From Octopus bimaculoides (lineage: Eukaryota), in NCBI RefSeq assembly GCF_001194135.2, contig NC_068993.1:9143124-9207123 (forward strand): a stretch of 64,000 nt of DNA. The letters run 5' to 3'. Both the position numbers and the translations under genes were made by a program. A model generated the notes under the pieces. That model worked only from the letters and a program-made list of their open reading frames with translations, did not search any database and was not told the origin of the DNA. Below, in pieces: positions 37,504 to 51,099 of the stretch (the stretch's first letter is position 1; each line of letters starts with the position of its first letter).

Positions 37504-40500
37504 GCACACACGCACATATATACATACATGCTCAATTACAGATGAAATATCAGAATTTGATATGTGTGGTGTGTAAACATAGATACATACACATATGCAT
37601 ATACATACATATATAATTCATACATATTTATACACATACAAATGAATGTACATACATACACATGCATGCACATAATTACATATGTACATACATACATGTA
37701 TATACATACATGTATATACATATAATTACAGATAAAATGCTAGGATTTGATGTGTGTGCATGTGTATTTGTGTATATGTGAATATGTGTGTGTGCATGAA
37801 TGCTTGCATGTGTATGTATGTGTGCATGTGTAAGTGAACACGTGCACACATGCATATTCATACATATACACCCCTTTTAGACATCAGAAATCGATGTATA
37901 TGTGTATGCATATGTATGTTCAGACACATATGCATGCATGTACATATGTATACAGATACATACACTTAGTTAGAGTCAACACCAGTAATTGGTGTGTGTA
38001 TGTGTGTTTGTAAACATGTATGCATGCATATGCACATTCTGAAATGAGCAGCCGCACACACACACACACACACACACATGCTAAGACTGAATCCCAGAAA
38101 TTGAAGCTTGCGTGTATGTGTGTGTGTGTGTGTGTGCTAATATTTATGCATGTTTACATACCCAGCTACATGCATTTACCTACATGCACATCTGCCTATG
38201 TAAATGCATCCTCATTTCCCTGTATACATGTCCCCACAAATGCATCCAAACATACACACATGTGCATTCACATGCACACATAAAACGCATTCACATGTAC
38301 AAACACCTGCATATTCACATATCAGAAATACTGGAGTGGAGTTTCACCTACAGCTGTGCGCATATGTGATGTGTGCACACATGTTTATCTCTATAAAATG
38401 TATGTGTGAACTCCACACACACACACACACACACATACACACCAATACACACCTTTCCAAACTTAAATGAAATAGAACATATTTTTATTGAGTTTTTTTG
38501 CAGTTCCTCTTGCAAATTGTATCGAATAATTTAACTGTAACAGTGGAATAAGAGAAAACAAAACAAAAAAAAAAATGCCACCATCGTTATTCCCTCCACC
38601 TGCATATAACTACCTCTATTCCCATCTACCTGCTTATAACTAACTCTGTCACCCTCCTCCTCTGTATCTCCATTACACCTGTCTCTTTATCATCTGACAA
38701 TCTTTACCAACACCATTTAACGGTCACTTTTCTATGCTTGCATGTGTCAGACAATTCGCCTAGGCAGATTTTCTACAGCTGGATGCCTTTCCTGTTGCCA
38801 ACCCTCACCTGTTTCCAAGCAAAGATATTTTGCAATGGCCAGACATGTTTATCGTGGAACACTGGAGAGAAAGGGCACCGCTTGTATGACAGTGATGCTC
38901 ATTTACAATCAGTTTACATGATGTCAAGACAAGGGCACTCACACACTCATACACACACAGAGACACAAGCACACACACACACAAAGTATGCACATACACA
39001 CACAAGTATGCACATATATACTCACAAGTATATACACACACAAGTATGCACATACACACACACAAAAAGTTTTCTTTCAGTGTCCGTTTACCAAATTTAT
39101 TCAAAGGCTTTGGTTGGCCAAGGGCAATAAAAGAAGATACTTGCCCAAGGTGCTGTGCAGTGGGATTGAAACTGAAAACACACGGCTGCAAAGCAAGCTT
39201 CTTAACCACATATCCACAACCAAAAACATCACTCTCATACTACTACCTCACTGCAACCATCATTATTGAACTAATAGATGGGTCTTTACGTGCTTAATTG
39301 CTCAACCTGCTAGAAATAGCAACCAAATATCGCCTCAAATCACATCCTATTCTCTTAGATAAGGCTACACTAGCTAATGTGGGTCCCCAGAGTTTCTTGT
39401 TGATAGGAAAGCAATGAAGATGAAGGAATTCCTTTGGCCAAGGGCCTCCTCCATCAGGACAGACATGATGTTAAACAACGACTGCAATCATCATCACCAC
39501 TACTCCTTATATAACAACCACCACCGCCATCACAATTTTTTTGGTTATCATCATCATCATCATCATCTAGAACAAGAGCAGCAACAACACTACCACCTGA
39601 CAATGTGACGTCATCTTTTGTCTTTGTCTTTTGGAAGATATAAAATAACAGCAACAGAAAATTTTTTTTTACATAAATAGATAATAAATAAAAGACAAAA
39701 ATGAACCAAAAAAAAAATACAATATATATATAATTCTTCTAATGAGCTGAATAATTTTGGATGGTTGCATATGTGAGTGTGCACACACAAAACACATATA
39801 TATATATATGCATATGTATGTGCATATGTGTGTGTGTGTGTGTGTGTGTGTATTAAATACAGACACAGACATACTGAAGCAGGAAAGATGAAAAAAAACA
39901 ATAAAATATTATTTAAGCTTTGAAATATGAAGCCAAAAAGAAGCATTATTTAATTACATCCCCATACACCTTTCTTTGCCTGTCTGTGTGTCTGACTGTC
40001 CCCCCCCCCNNNNNNNNNNNNNNNNNNNNNNNNNNNNNNNNNNNNNNNNNNNNNNNNNNNNNNNNNNNNNNNNNNNNNNNNNNNNNNNNNNNNNNNNNNN
40101 NNNNNNNNNNNNNNNNNNNNNNNNNNNNNNNNNNNNNNNNNNNNNNNNNNNNNNNNNNNNNNNNNNNNNNNNNNNNNNNNNNNNNNNNNNNNNNNNNNNN
40201 NNNNNNNNNNNNNNNNNNNNNNNNNNNNNNNNNNNNNNNNNNNNNNNNNNNNNNNNNNNNNNNNNNNNNNNNNNNNNNNNNNNNNNNNNNNNNNNNNNNN
40301 NNNNNNNNNNNNNNNNNNNNNNNNNNNNNNNNNNNNNNNNNNNNNNNNNNNNNNNNNNNNNNNNNNNNNNNNNNNNNNNNNNNNNNNNNNNNNNNNNNNN
40401 NNNNNNNNNNNNNNNNNNNNNNNNNNNNNNNNNNNNNNNNNNNNNNNNNNNNNNNNNNNNNNNNNNNNNNNNNNNNNNNNNNNTAAAACAAAATGCTTTG

Positions 40501-40634
40501 TTCAGAATGGTGCAAGAAACTAGATGAGAACCGAGATTCTATTCTTAGAATAGACAAGTTCAATTCAGAGAGAAGCAATGCCCAAGAATTTCAAAACCTG
40601 GCACGTGTTGTTCTAATTGAAATATACTCCAAAG

Positions 40635-40665
<31 letters not shown>

Positions 40666-41239
40666 CTTGAGTTGAGTCATTCAATCAAATTGAGTGGAGT
40701 GGAATGTAGTGAAGTAGAGAGCCATGTGTGGTAGCTCTTTGGTCAGCTCTACTTGAGAATGACCATGGCCTGGAAAGGGTCGGTCAGACAACTGGGAGTG
40801 ATTCACCAACTCAGAACACCTGTATATCCTAGATTTCCAGAAAAAAGTTTGGCCATGGCTGAGGTGGCAAAGGGGTTTGCTTCGCAACCATGTGGATTTG
40901 GGTTCAGTCCCGCTGTGTAAGGTCTTGTGCAATTTAACTGTCTTGTATTATAATCTCAGACTGACCAGTGCTTTTGTGAGTGAAAGTGGTGGACAATGGA
41001 AACTGCATGGAAACCCATTGTGTGTGTGTGTACTATATCATTATCACCTCTTAAACGACCCTTTAGCATTCAGATTGTTCTGGCAAATGCAATGCTTACT
41101 TATTCATATTGTTTTGAAGTAATCAAGCATTATCTGGTAGCTTTCAGATTTCAATGACATGATTGTTTATTTTTAGAAAAACATTATAGGGTAAGTGAGA
41201 GAGGCCTGATCTGGCCTGTTTGAATACTAAAGAGTTTAA

Positions 41240-41640
41240 TGTCTGTTTTCCATGCACTGGACAGTTTGACAAGATTCAGTGACATCATGTGTCAGCTTTG
41301 GCAATGGAGCCTGGCAGTCATGCAGCTTGTTGGGTCTTGTTGAACTGTCCAACCCAGGTGCTGGTGCCACATGAAAAGCACCCAGTCCAGTCTGTAAAGG
41401 CATTAGGAAAGGCATCTAGCTGTAAAAACTATGCCAAAAACAGACCTTGCTTGTGCCACATGAAAAGCACCCAATCCAGTCTGTAAAGAGGTTGGTGTTG
41501 GGAAGGACAACCAGCCATAAAAACGATTCCAAAACAGACAGTGGAGCTTGGTGCAGTCCTCTGGCTTGTCAGCTCCTGTCAAGCCATCCGACCCATGCCA
41601 ACATGGAAGATGGATGATAGATGATGATGATGATGATGTA
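41240..41640 (+). mobile_element. Diverged RTE-type 3' tail copies
   Basis: Contains GAAAAGCACCCA...TCTGTAAAG twice and ACCCATGCCAACATGGAAGATGGATGAT(GAT)n. Confidence 0.5.
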
Positions 41641-41747
41641 TGCATAGTAAGAAAATACGAAAAATCTAAAATAAAAAAAGATAAAACATGAACAGAGCTG
41701 AGTATTTTAATGAAACATACACAAAAAAAGGCGTTCCGTATATATAT

Positions 41748-41802
<55 letters not shown>

Positions 41803-42421
41803 NNNNNNNNNNNNNNNNNNNNNNNNNNNNNNNNNNNNNNNNNNNNNNNNNNNNNNNNNNNNNNNNNNNNNNNNNNNNNNNNNNNNNNNNNNNNNNNNNN
41901 NNNNNNNNNNNNNNNNNNNNNNNNNNNNNNNNNNNNNNNNNNNNNNNNNNNNNNNNNNNNNNNNNNNNNNNNNNNNNNNNNNNNNNNNNNNNNNNNNNNN
42001 NNNNNNNNNNNNNNNNNNNNNNNNNNNNNNNNNNNNNNNNNNNNNNNNNNNNNNNNNNNNNNNNNNNNNNNNNNNNNNNNNNNNNNNNNNNNNNNNNNNN
42101 NNNNNNNNNNNNNNNNNNNNNNNNNNNNNNNNNNNNNNNNNNNNNNNNNNNNNNNNNNNNNNNNNNNNNNNNNNNNNNNNNNNNNNNNNNNNNNNNNNNN
42201 NNNNNNNNNNNNNNNNNNNNNNNNNNNNNNNNNNNNNNNNNNNNNNNNNNNNNNNNNNNNNNNNNNNNNNNNNNNNNNNNNNNNNNNNNNNNNNNNNNNN
42301 NNNNNNNNNNNNNNNNNNNNNNNNNNNNNNNNNNNNNNNNNNNNNNNNNNNNNNNNNNNNNNNNNNNNNNNNNNNNNNNNNNNNNNNNNNNNNNNNNNNN
42401 NNNNNNNNNNNNNNNNNNNNN

Positions 42422-42452
<31 letters not shown>

Positions 42453-42455
<3 letters not shown>

Positions 42456-42657
42456 TCATCATCATCATCATCATCATCATCGTTTAACGTCCGCTTTCCA
42501 TGCTAGCATGGGTTGGACGATTTGACTGAGGACTGGTGAAACCAGATGGCTACACCAGGCTCCAATCTTATCTGGCAGAGTTTCTACAGCTGGATGCCCT
42601 TCCTAACGCCAACCACGCCAAGAGTGTAGTGGGTGCTTTTACATGCCACCGGCACGA
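42453..42657 (-). mobile_element. RTE-type 3' tail copy
   Basis: (CAT)n followed by CGTTTAACGTCCGCTTTCCATGCTAGCATGGGTTGGACG, the reverse complement of 59100-59248. Confidence 0.7.
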
Positions 42658-43453
42658 AACACACACATACATACATGTTTGTCTCAGTGTGTATGTTTAT
42701 GTTTGATGATCTTGACATCATGTAATAGTTGTAAATGAGTGTCACTGTCATACAAGTGGTGTCGTTCATTTTCAATATTCTGCACAAACATGTCTGGCTT
42801 TGGGGGTTATACCACCATGCCCAGAAACAGGTGAAGGTTGGTAACAGGATTGATGTCTGGCCACAGAAAATCTACCTCAATAAACTCCACCAAACATATG
42901 CAAGTATGGAAAAGTGAACATTAAAAACGATTATGATGACACACACACACATATACACAATGGGCTTCTTCTAGTTTCCAACACTCAAATTCACTTGCAA
43001 AGTTTTGGTCAGTCTAGGGCTATAGCAGAAGACACTTGCCTTTGGTACCATGCAGTGGGCCTGAACCTGAAACCACATGGTTGTGAATTGAATTCGTTAA
43101 CCACATTGCCATGTCTGTCAAATCCAAAGAAATTGATGTCACCTCAAGAAGTAAAAAGCAGAAATTACTATGACAGAGGATGACAGATTACATACTCGCT
43201 TCCCTTCCCCCACCTCATGATATATAATCAGAAGTAAAGGCGACTTAGTACCAAAGCATCAATAGTCAGTTGTTTCTACGTAACACTGTTAAAAGTCAAG
43301 CTAGGCTATGCATTATACATATGTGTGTGTGCATATATATATATAAATATATATATACATACATCATCATCATCATCATCGTTTAACGTCCGCTACATAC
43401 ACATATATAAATATATATACATATATACATACATATATATACACATGTTTATA

Positions 43454-43503
<50 letters not shown>

Positions 43504-44444
43504 TACACATATATGTAAATCTATATCTGTGTATACATGTGTACCTGTACACACACACACAATGTGCATACACACATAATCTCATACATATAACTATATA
43601 CATACAGATGCAGTAGCAAAGAAGCAGAGAGGAAGAGAGACAGAGAGAGAGAGAGAGCAGTGAGAAATAGATAGAGGTGTGTGCGTGTGGAGGAAACGTC
43701 TGTGTGTGCAGTAGACTTTCTCAATTTTAATTGACTTAGCATGTGGTTCTTCAAGAGTGTACCAGTAACCACAGCAGACAGGATGGTAAAATTAAGCTAC
43801 GAATGTGACTAAACATCGGTTACAGCACTGCATTCATCATTTGAGTATAATTGGCTCATATTCATATTTAACTCCCGTTATTGTCGTCATTGTTGCTATT
43901 TTATGTTATTATTATTATTATTATTATTATTGCCTATTATTTTTATTACAGATTCTGTTATATGAAGTTAGTTCAGGGAATTCTACATTTGGCAAGAAGA
44001 CTGAAGACTTTTCAACCAATGCTTTAGAAGTTTAATCGTTACTTGACACAAAGATGGTGAGGTGGCAGAAAAAAAAAAAAAAATGAAACAAAGAACATTT
44101 CAGTAGAGTGTGCCAGAATGTTATGTCTTCCAAAAATATTTAGCTTTGCACTTTTGAGTCAGAGTTCAACAACTGCACTGATTAAATTTACCTTTGAACC
44201 TTTCTGGGTCAAGTTTGGTTTGTCAAAATGGTTATCCTTAGAATAAAAACGAAGGTACAGCAGAGACCAGGCATGGCTGTGTGGTAAGAAGTTTGCTTCC
44301 CTACTACATGAATATGGGTTCAGTCCCACTGTGTGGCACTGGCAAGTGTTTTCTAATATAGCAACAGGCTGACGAAACCCTTGTGAGTGGATTTGGTAAA
44401 CAGAAAACTTTTGTTGAAATGTTTTGTGTATTGTAGAAGTGCTG

Positions 44445-44777
44445 AGACCCCCTTTGGTCATGACTGACCATGGGATTGCACCTAGAAAGTTACCCTCCCA
44501 GGCACAAGTCCGGCCAAGGTTGTTTATGGAAGACCAGCAGTCGCCCATGCATACCAGCCTCCCATCTCCACGCCACCAGTGTTATCCAAGGGAAAGGCAA
44601 AGGGGCCGATACAGCTTGGCATCATTGACGTTGCAACTCATTTCTACAGCTGAGTAAACTGGAGCAACGTGAAATAAAGTGTCTTGCTCAAGAACACAAC
44701 ACGCAGCCCGGTCCGGGATTCGAACTCACAACCTCACGATCGTAAGCTCGATGCTCTAACCACTGAGCCATGCGCCT
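44445..44777 (-). mobile_element. SINE family C, full length, low divergence
   Basis: Minus head AGGCGCATGGCTCAGTGGTTAGAGCATCGAGCTTACGATCGTGAGGTTGTGAGTTCGAATCCCGGACCGG (tRNA-like A and B boxes), then TGTTCTTGAGCAAGACACTTTATTTCACGTTGCTCCAG core. Confidence 0.9.
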
Positions 44778-45694
44778 AGAAGTATTACCAATTTTATTAC
44801 ACATACATTTTAACAACAAAATCTTATATGGACCTCCAAGGGTCATAAGGTTCCCCAGTTGAGGACCACTGCTTTGACAAAAGCCCTGTATGTGTGTGTG
44901 ATTCTGTCATGATCATTATTGTCCTCAATTTGTTGTTGAGTGGCACCCCCTTCTCCCAAAAGGCAGTGGTTTTCAACTATTTTTTTCCTAAGGCCCCTTT
45001 AGATTCCTGTTTTACTCAAATGGATCCTCACAGCCTTTTGATATTCAAGAAAAAATTCTATTATATTGTCATAATTAAATATTGGGAACTGCATAAAATT
45101 TTCAACAACAAAATCTGATATGTACCCACACTAAGAGCCATATGGACCCTGCTGCTGGTTTATTTCAGAGGTGCTCAACCATTTTTTCCCTATGGACCCT
45201 CTGATTTCTCTTTTACTTGGGTGGATTGTCATAGCCATTTGATGTTTAAAAAAAAAACCTATAATTATATTTTTATAATTAAATGTTATTAGGAATTGTA
45301 TGAAAAATAGCTACTAAAACATTTTGTGTATTGTAGAAATATAACCAAATTATTGCAAATAGATTTTAACAATGAAATCTTATATTGACCCACAAGGGCC
45401 AAATGGACCCTGGTTGAGAACCACTGCCCTGGAGGCTTAGGCTTCATCTAAGCATGAAAAGTCCAAGCTTGAGTGCTAATTATCCCCCCCTCCTCATCAT
45501 CATAGTGTCCACTTTTCCATGCTTGCATGGGTTGGATGGAGTTTGAGGCAAGTTATCTATGGTTGGATGCCATACCTGTCACCAAACTTTGCCTGTTTTC
45601 AAGCAAGGTAATATATTCCCATGATTGACACTTATTTACAAATATCACACAAAGTCAAGGCAAAGAGACTGTGACACACAAACTAACACAATAC

Positions 45695-45858
45695 GACAGG
45701 CTTCTTTCAGTTTCTGTCTTCCAAGTCCACTCACAAGGCACCGGTCAGCCTGAGGCTATAGTAGAAGACACTTGCCCAAGGTGCCACACAGTGGGACTGA
45801 ACCTGGAACCATGTGGTTGGTAGGCAAGCTTCTTATCACACAGCCATGCTTGCACCCA
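45695..45858 (-). mobile_element. SINE family A, 5' half
   Basis: Matches the family A head and core. Confidence 0.8.
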
Positions 45859-46461
45859 TGGAAATTAATTTACTAAATTCTTCAATATTGTAAAAATTCA
45901 TCGAAATGAAGGTAGCGTACTTCAAGAGAAATATGGTAACAAAAGCGCTAATGAGATATTTTAACTTTAACGAGCAGTTGATGTTAAATGTAGGAAGGGC
46001 AAAGAATAAGCCAATACCCTTGCAAGAAATATAGCAGAAGAAAATACAAAGTGCAAAAGCTAAGTCTTAGTTAAATGACAGTAAAAATAATTTAAAGATA
46101 TTTGAAATTTAAATATTAAATTGCACATACTCTTATATATTCTTTTACTGGTTGCAATCAATGGGCAATGGCCAAGCAGGAGCACTACCATCATGCATGC
46201 ATGCATGCATGCATGTATGTATGTATGTATGTATGTACTCATCTATTTTTAATTATTTGAAGGAGTTGGCTTCTAACTAAGATACAAAACTCCACTGAAG
46301 GAATGTGAATAAGCTATATATATCTTGTCACTTCTGCCAATTAAATACAAAAAAATATCAGTCCTACTGCATGGCACCTTGAGCAAATGTCTTCTGCTAT
46401 AGCCATGGAGCAACGAAAGACTTGTGAGTGGATTTAGTAGATGGAAAATGAAAGAAACCTG

Positions 46462-46507
<46 letters not shown>

Positions 46508-46667
46508 TTCTTCGCTTCATGCTTTTGCTTCATGGAGCTGGGGTCATACCAGGTTGGCGGTCTTGTATCAACTCCTCTGCATCCTCCAAGATGACACTGT
46601 GCCTCTGCAGATCTTCCAGAATCACATCCCGCCACCTGGTGTGGGGCTTGTATATATATATATATAT

Positions 46668-46709
<42 letters not shown>

Positions 46710-47382
46710 GTGTCTGTATGTGTCTTTGTTTGTCCCCCACCACTGTTTAACAATGGTGTTGGTTTGTTTACATCCCTGTGACTTAGCAGTTCAACAAACG
46801 AAAATGATAGAATAAGTACCGGCTTAAAACCAAAAAAAAAATAAGTACTGGAGTCAATTTGTTTGACTAGAAATTGTTCAAGGTGGTGCTCCAGCATGGC
46901 TGCAGCACAATGACCGAAACAAGTAAAAGAATATATATATATTTATGCTCTGAATTCTATTTTCCTGTTTGTATTATCAAAACCTCTACACACACACACA
47001 CACACACATGAATACTTGCATATACATTATGCTCATTTATATTCACTCACACGCACAGAAAACATCGTTACACGATGGCGTGTATGTTTCCAGTCAATGT
47101 CAAAACCAACAGTAAATTCTTGAAAATTGCAACAGTTATGCTCTCAAATTACATATCTTATATGTAATCATATAAGATATGGGAGATAGACAGAGACATG
47201 AATGGTGAGAGAAAGAATAAGAAAGAATTAGAAAAGTAAAGGGAGGGAGAGAGAGAGAGGAGATACTAAGGAAAATATGAGAGAAAGAAAGGAAGAAAAA
47301 AGAGAATACATCTATTTATCATATTTTCTTTTATGCTCTCTTCGTTTTCTTCTGTCTGATGGAGTAGTATGTATGTATATAA

Positions 47383-47439
<57 letters not shown>

Positions 47440-47559
47440 GAGAGAGATGTTGAATTAATTGCTCCACATGAAGACAATATAGATACCACTCAGATTAAGA
47501 AAGACGTGCTTACAAGATGCTACTGGAAGATTGTACAGACAATAGGTTGGAGTGCAGTG

Positions 47560-48027
47560 CATTTGTTTTTATATTTGGTTTTGTTGCATCTTAGGATGGA
47601 TCGTTATGCCAATAATAAACACACACACTGGTCCAATTTCACTTCTTTTATTATTATTATTATTATTATTATTAGCTAATTGGCTAATCAGTTAACCAAT
47701 TGACTAATCAATTACTTGATTGTTTGTTCAGCCAATCAGCTAAATTTGTCCAAAGTCCTTTCATTGCTATTCACAACCTCATCAATGATATGTAAATAGA
47801 CTTGGATTAGAGAAGGCATACATTGATGAAGTTATGAATGGCGATGAAAGAACTTTGAGAAATCTGATTGACCAAACAATTAATCAAACAACTGATTAGT
47901 TAATAAGTAAAATGGTTCATCAAGTTACTAATAAATAATAAAAGAAGTGAATTACAACCAGCACATGTGTTTATTATTGGCATAATGATCCTCCCAAGAT
48001 ACAACAAAATTGAAATTTTCACAAATG
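47560..48027. repeat. Foldback (MITE-like) inverted repeat
   Basis: 47579-47623 pairs with 47966-48009, 47635-47655 with 47930-47953, and 47751-47787 with 47821-47857. Central loop about 33 nt. Confidence 0.85.
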
Positions 48028-48083
48028 ATTTTAAAAAACCATTACAAACCGACAGTGGAAATTTAGAATAAAAAGTGCCTCAC

Positions 48084-48221
48084 CTAATGGTGCCATGGCA
48101 ACAAGCCAGTCACTCAACTCTTCTCGTTCCTTGGCCCAAGTCAGTGCAGTAGTGATGTTACCTTTCCAAATTTCCATATGTAGATGGTACTCCATATTGT
48201 CATGGTCAATGTGTGATTGGC
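48084..48221 (-). CDS. GEMIN5: Gemin5 internal exon (138 bp, phase 1 to 1), start of TPR-like dimerisation region
   Basis: Acceptor ttttgtttttcAG, donor TTAG|GTGAGG. Translates (G)QSHIDHDNMEYHLHMEIWKGNITTALTWAKEREELSDWLVAMAPL, resembling vertebrate Gemin5 as recalled ([30 protein letters not shown]). Confidence 0.92.
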
Positions 48222-48704
48222 CTGAAAAACAAAAAAAAATATTGGTTATATATTTTTATTTTTTATTTGCTTGCTTCAGTTATATGACTGCAACCATATT
48301 AGGGCACTGCTTTTATACGTATGCCAGACCATAGACCAACCCCAGTGTCTGATCTACAGTTTAAATTGTATTTTGTACTTGTATATATATCTACAGTACC
48401 CCAACAACACTTGATGCCTCACTGTGAACTTTATGTTACCATACCTAGCCATTTCTGGTGTCCTACATGTTGAGGCACTGAGATTCTATTCAATCCTTAT
48501 AACTAATATACATATATGTATATATACACTTTTCCTCCCATTCCTCAGACAGTTTCCATCACAACTGTCCAACAAATGGCAATGTGAAACTCTGAGTAAC
48601 AGCTTTTGTGATAATTTTGCAGCTTTAATAAAAGCATATTACTCTACCTTTGCTATTTGAGTACTATTTTTTCCACCTTGTTTTGTGCACTTATGTGCTC
48701 ACAT

Positions 48705-48812
48705 TCCATAACGGCTACCTCTGATGAGTGCAGAGTTACATAATTGGATTGTTACCTAACACGCCGTTGAATTCCTAGCACGAAACTGATTGGTAAGATT
48801 GGCTGTAATGGA
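48705..48812 (+). ncRNA. Type I hammerhead ribozyme motif, probably within a Penelope-like or retrozyme-type repeat
   Basis: CTGATGA (48721-27), stem II GTGC/GCAC (48728-31/48778-81) with further pairing, GAAA (48782-85), short stem III AC(T)/(G)GT with GATT loop, GUA triplet (48793-95), and an imperfect extended stem I (TCCATAACGGCTACCT with AGATTGGCTGTAATGGA). Confidence 0.8.
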
Positions 48813-50779
48813 TATATAATACTGTATACTTTGAATAATATACCCACTCTTATTGACAGATATACGATTGCATTTTTACCTGATTTATGGCCTCTTAGAT
48901 GACTTACACCATTTTACATGTGCTTTCCATACTGGTATGTGTGGGATGGTTTGACTGGATTCAACCAGTTGGAGGATCACATCTTCCCCCAATCTCTAAT
49001 TTTTTGCATGGCTTCTAACACCAACCACTTTACAGAGTGTATATATTTCATGGCACCCACACTATTGATGCTGTCTTGCCATCAGCAAATCAAAAGAGCC
49101 ATCTGAAGCCCCTATTCTGTTTGTGACCACCTTCATCTATTTGCTTAATATATACTTTGTTTTATTTTAGATAATAGAGTAACTTTGAGGGGAATTTGGC
49201 TGCTATTTCCTTAAGGTTGAGTAACCACATTGAGGCTGAGGTAAAATAGGGTATTTTTTCATAGGAGAGATTTGTTGGAGATTTGTGTAACGATGGAAGC
49301 AGGGGTTAGAAGGAAAGGTTTGTCGGAACAGATATGCTCTTTGTTTATTTCCTTTCCTTACAAGAGGTGGTGTTGTGGAATCTTCTGGGAAATGGTTTAC
49401 ATTGCAGAGAAAGTTTTGTGGGGGAAAATATCAGGAAAGATCAATTTTTGTGTGTGTGTGTGATAAAGGTTTTTTTTTTTTTTGTTGGAGATGAAGCATG
49501 CAAAAGAGGAAAAGTTATACAAGAAAGAATTTACATGGGGAAGAGGATTATGAGTTTTATACAGAAAGTTTTAGAGAGAGAGAATTTGTGGAAGGTCCTT
49601 CTCTTTAATTTTTATAACACTGGAGAGAAAAATTGAGGAGCCATTTTAAGAGAAAAAAATGAATGAAGTTACTATGTAAAAGAGAATAGTTTTTTTTAGT
49701 GTGAAAAAAGAGTGTTCCTATANNNNNNNNNNNNNNNNNNNNNNNNNNNNNNNNNNNNNNNNNNNNNNNNNNNNNNNNNNNNNNNNNNNNNNNNNNNNNN
49801 NNNNNNNNNNNNNNNNNNNNNNNNNNNNNNNNNNNNNNNNNNNNNNNNNNNNNNNNNNNNNNNNNNNNNNNNNNNNNNNNNNNNNNNNNNNNNNNNNNNN
49901 NNNNNNNNNNNNNNNNNNNNNNNNNNNNNNNNNNNNNNNNNNNNNNNNNNNNNNNNNNNNNNNNNNNNNNNNNNNNNNNNNNNNNNNNNNNNNNNNNNNN
50001 NNNNNNNNNNNNNNNNNNNNNNNNNNNNNNNNNNNNNNNNNNNNNNNNNNNNNNNNNNNNNNNNNNNNNNNNNNNNNNNNNNNNNNNNNNNNNNNNNNNN
50101 NNNNNNNNNNNNNNNNNNNNNNNNNNNNNNNNNNNNNNNNNNNNNNNNNNNNNNNNNNNNNNNNNNNNNNNNNNNNNNNNNNNNNNNNNNNNNNNNNNNN
50201 NNNNNNNNNNNNNNNNNNNNNNNNNNNNNNNNNNNNNNNNNNNNNNNNNNNNNNNNNNNNNNNNNNNNNNNNNNNNNNNNNNNNNNNNNNNNNNNNNNNN
50301 NNNNNNNNNNNNNNNNNNNNNNNNNNNNNNNNNNNNNNNNNNNNNNNNNNNNNNNNNNNNNNNNNNNNNNNNNNNNNNNNNNNNNNNNNNNNNNNNNNNN
50401 NNNNNNNNNNNNNNNNNNNNNNNNNNNNNNNNNNNNNNNNNNNNNNNNNNNNNNNNNNNNNNNNNNNNNNNNNNNNNNNNNNNNNNNNNNNNNNNNNNNN
50501 NNNNNNNNNNNNNNNNNNNNNNNNNNNNNNNNNNNNNNNNNNNNNNNNNNNNNNNNNNNNNNNNNNNNNNNNNNNNNNNNNNNNNNNNNNNNNNNNNNNN
50601 NNNNNNNNNNNNNNNNNNNNNNNNNNNNNNNNNNNNNNNNNNNNNNNNNNNTATATATATATATATATATATATATTTCTTTGTAATTTTGATATGGGAA
50701 AAAGCATGTAATCTTCAATACCAATAAATTGTTTTTGTTCCTGAATGTACACTTGTTTTCTGTACCTGCCACGGACGGC

Positions 50780-51040
50780 TTGAAGCTTGTGAGTGGATTT
50801 GGTAGATGAAAACTGAAAGAAGCCCATTATATATATAGATTTGTGTGTGTGTCTGTGTTTGTGCCCCAAACATTGCTTGACAACCAATGTTAGTGTGTTC
50901 ATGTCCCTGTAACTTAGTAGTTTGGCAAAAGAGCCCAATAGAATAAGTACTAGGCTTACAAAGAATAAGTTCTGGGGTCGAATCGTTTGACTAAAGGCTG
51001 CACTCTAGCATGGCCGCAGTCAGATGACTGAAGCCAGTAA
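50780..51040 (+). mobile_element. SINE family A, 3' half
   Basis: CTTGTGAGTGGATTTGGTAG through GCATGGCCGCAGTCAGATGACTGAAG. Confidence 0.8.
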
Positions 51041-51099
51041 AAAAAATAAAAGAATATTCAATTAAAGAAACAGAAAATGGAAGAAAAAGAAAAAAAAGC

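Noticed and set aside
44705-44777. tRNA-like cloverleaf signals (also heads of other SINE copies)
   Set aside because: They continue directly into multi-copy SINE bodies and lack a proper acceptor stem, so they are SINE heads and not tRNA genes.
49270-49640. Purine-rich stretch possibly from an L1/Tx1 LINE 3' end
   Set aside because: No motif I can identify with confidence. It needs a BLASTx or Dfam search.
49696-50938. 300-400 aa ORFs in the track (also 15736-16995, 41688-42525 and others)
   Set aside because: They are read-throughs of N-gaps and (AT)n or (GT)n tracts.
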